DNA from: Chloroflexota bacterium
GTDB taxonomy: Bacteria; Chloroflexota; Dehalococcoidia; FW602-bin16
Reading direction: 5' to 3'
Length of the DNA stretch: 64,000 nt
Assembly (NCBI GenBank): GCA_004297765.1
Contig: SCTZ01000129.1
Coordinates: 5,113-69,112, forward strand
The notes under the pieces were generated by a model that saw only the letters and a program-made list of their open reading frames with translations, did not search any database and was not told the DNA's origin. Positions within the stretch are counted from its first letter, which is position 1. Each line of letters opens with the position of its first letter. The position numbers and the translations under genes were made by a program. This document shows, piece after piece, positions 63,282-64,000 of this stretch.

Positions 63282-64000
63282 ATGAACGAACGAAGATTTA
63301 CGATTGTGGAATCGGACTCCACGCATGGCTCGGAGATGCCGCAGGTGCCTCAGGACGCTACCGAGGTGCTGGACGCCTACTCTGAAGCCGTCATGCAGGT
63401 GGCAGAGCGGGTCGGTCCGGCTGTAGTACAGGTCGGCGTGGTACACGAGGGACGGGCGCGCACGGAGCGAGGCATAGTGCCCTTCAAGGAGCAGGGCGTG
63501 GGCTCCGGCGTGATCATCGCCCCGGACGGCTACGTGGTGACGAACAGTCACGTGGTTCATAAGGCTACCCAGATCACCGTCACATTGGCCGACGGTCGGG
63601 AGATGGTGGCCGCTCTGGTGGGCGAAGACCCCATCACCGACACGGCCGTGCTGCGAATCTCGCCCGACCTCGACGAGAAGCTGCCCGTGGCGGAGCTGGG
63701 TGACTCCGACCGTCTGCGCGTGGGGCAACTGGTCATCGCCATCGGCAACCCGCACGGCTTCCAATCCACGGTAACGGCCGGCGTCGTCAGCGCCCTGGGA
63801 CGCAACCTGCGGGGTTATGGCGGCCGTCTTATCGAAGGCATCATCCAGACGGACGCGGCCCTGAACCCAGGCAACTCCGGTGGACCGCTGGTCGATAGCC
63901 GGGGACGTGTCGTAGGCATCAATACGGCCGTGATTCAGCACGCCCAGGGTCTCTGCTTCGCGGTGCCCATCAACACCGTCAAATGGGTGGTGGGGATGCT
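63282..64000 (+). CDS. HtrA/DegP-family trypsin-like serine protease, N-terminal part (runs off the window end)
   Basis: It is absent from the ORF track because it has no stop within the window. MNERRF...GVGSGVIIAPDGYVVTNSHVV (His), ITDTAVLRI (Asp) and TDAALNPGNSGGPLVDSRGRVVGINTAV (Ser) supply the catalytic residues. The 279-aa minus-strand ORF 63102-63941 is its antisense shadow. Confidence 0.85.
   Translation, partial: MNERRFTIVESDSTHGSEMPQVPQDATEVLDAYSEAVMQVAERVGPAVVQVGVVHEGRARTERGIVPFKEQGVGSGVIIAPDGYVVTNSHVVHKATQITVTLADGREMVAALVGEDPITDTAVLRISPDLDEKLPVAELGDSDRLRVGQLVIAIGNPHGFQSTVTAGVVSALGRNLRGYGGRLIEGIIQTDAALNPGNSGGPLVDSRGRVVGINTAVIQHAQGLCFAVPINTVKWVVGM

Overview
High-GC (roughly 60-65% by eye) bacterial chromosomal window with about 60 genes. 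All family calls come from motif recognition in the supplied translations; no database search or HMM was run. Core genes are a lepB fragment, accA, pfkA, pgi, ppdK and a dgt-dnaG-rpoD operon. These are interleaved with accessory patches. (1) 47.9-51.9 kb holds a decayed polymorphic-toxin locus: signal peptide, RCC1 propeller, RHS/YD repeats and a PD-(D/E)xK toxin tip, followed by a translationally coupled HEAT-repeat immunity candidate. The locus is broken by one in-frame TGA and one frame break. (2) 26.1-32.4 kb is an island of toxin-antitoxin and orphan conflict-type genes: Phd-VapC, VapB-VapC, DUF4325-wHTH, an FRG-domain protein, an AlkD-like/DUF429 coupled pair and an MNT with a HEPN-like remnant. 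It also carries gene debris (a frameshifted SemiSWEET, a truncated HsmA-like stub). (3) 15.9-22.4 kb encodes a 2168-aa secreted LVIVD-propeller/PKD protein with a 2.5-kb internal tandem duplication. (4) 55.8-61.0 kb is a glycosylation cluster (two GT9 heptosyltransferase-like genes, GmhB, a PIG-L deacetylase, GT2) bordered by gene fragments. Other genes include an ECF sigma/anti-sigma pair, HicAB, a third VapBC, a PASTA Ser/Thr kinase next to an ATP-dependent DNA ligase, an RND efflux pair without an outer-membrane factor, and an orphan PAS-GAF-PAS histidine kinase. Several families of GC-rich palindromic intergenic repeats are present. No tRNA, rRNA or CRISPR array was seen. Gene content suggests a monoderm-type high-GC lineage such as Chloroflexota/Thermomicrobia, but that is inference only. 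Many long ORFs in the supplied track are antisense shadows of real high-GC genes and are not reported as genes.
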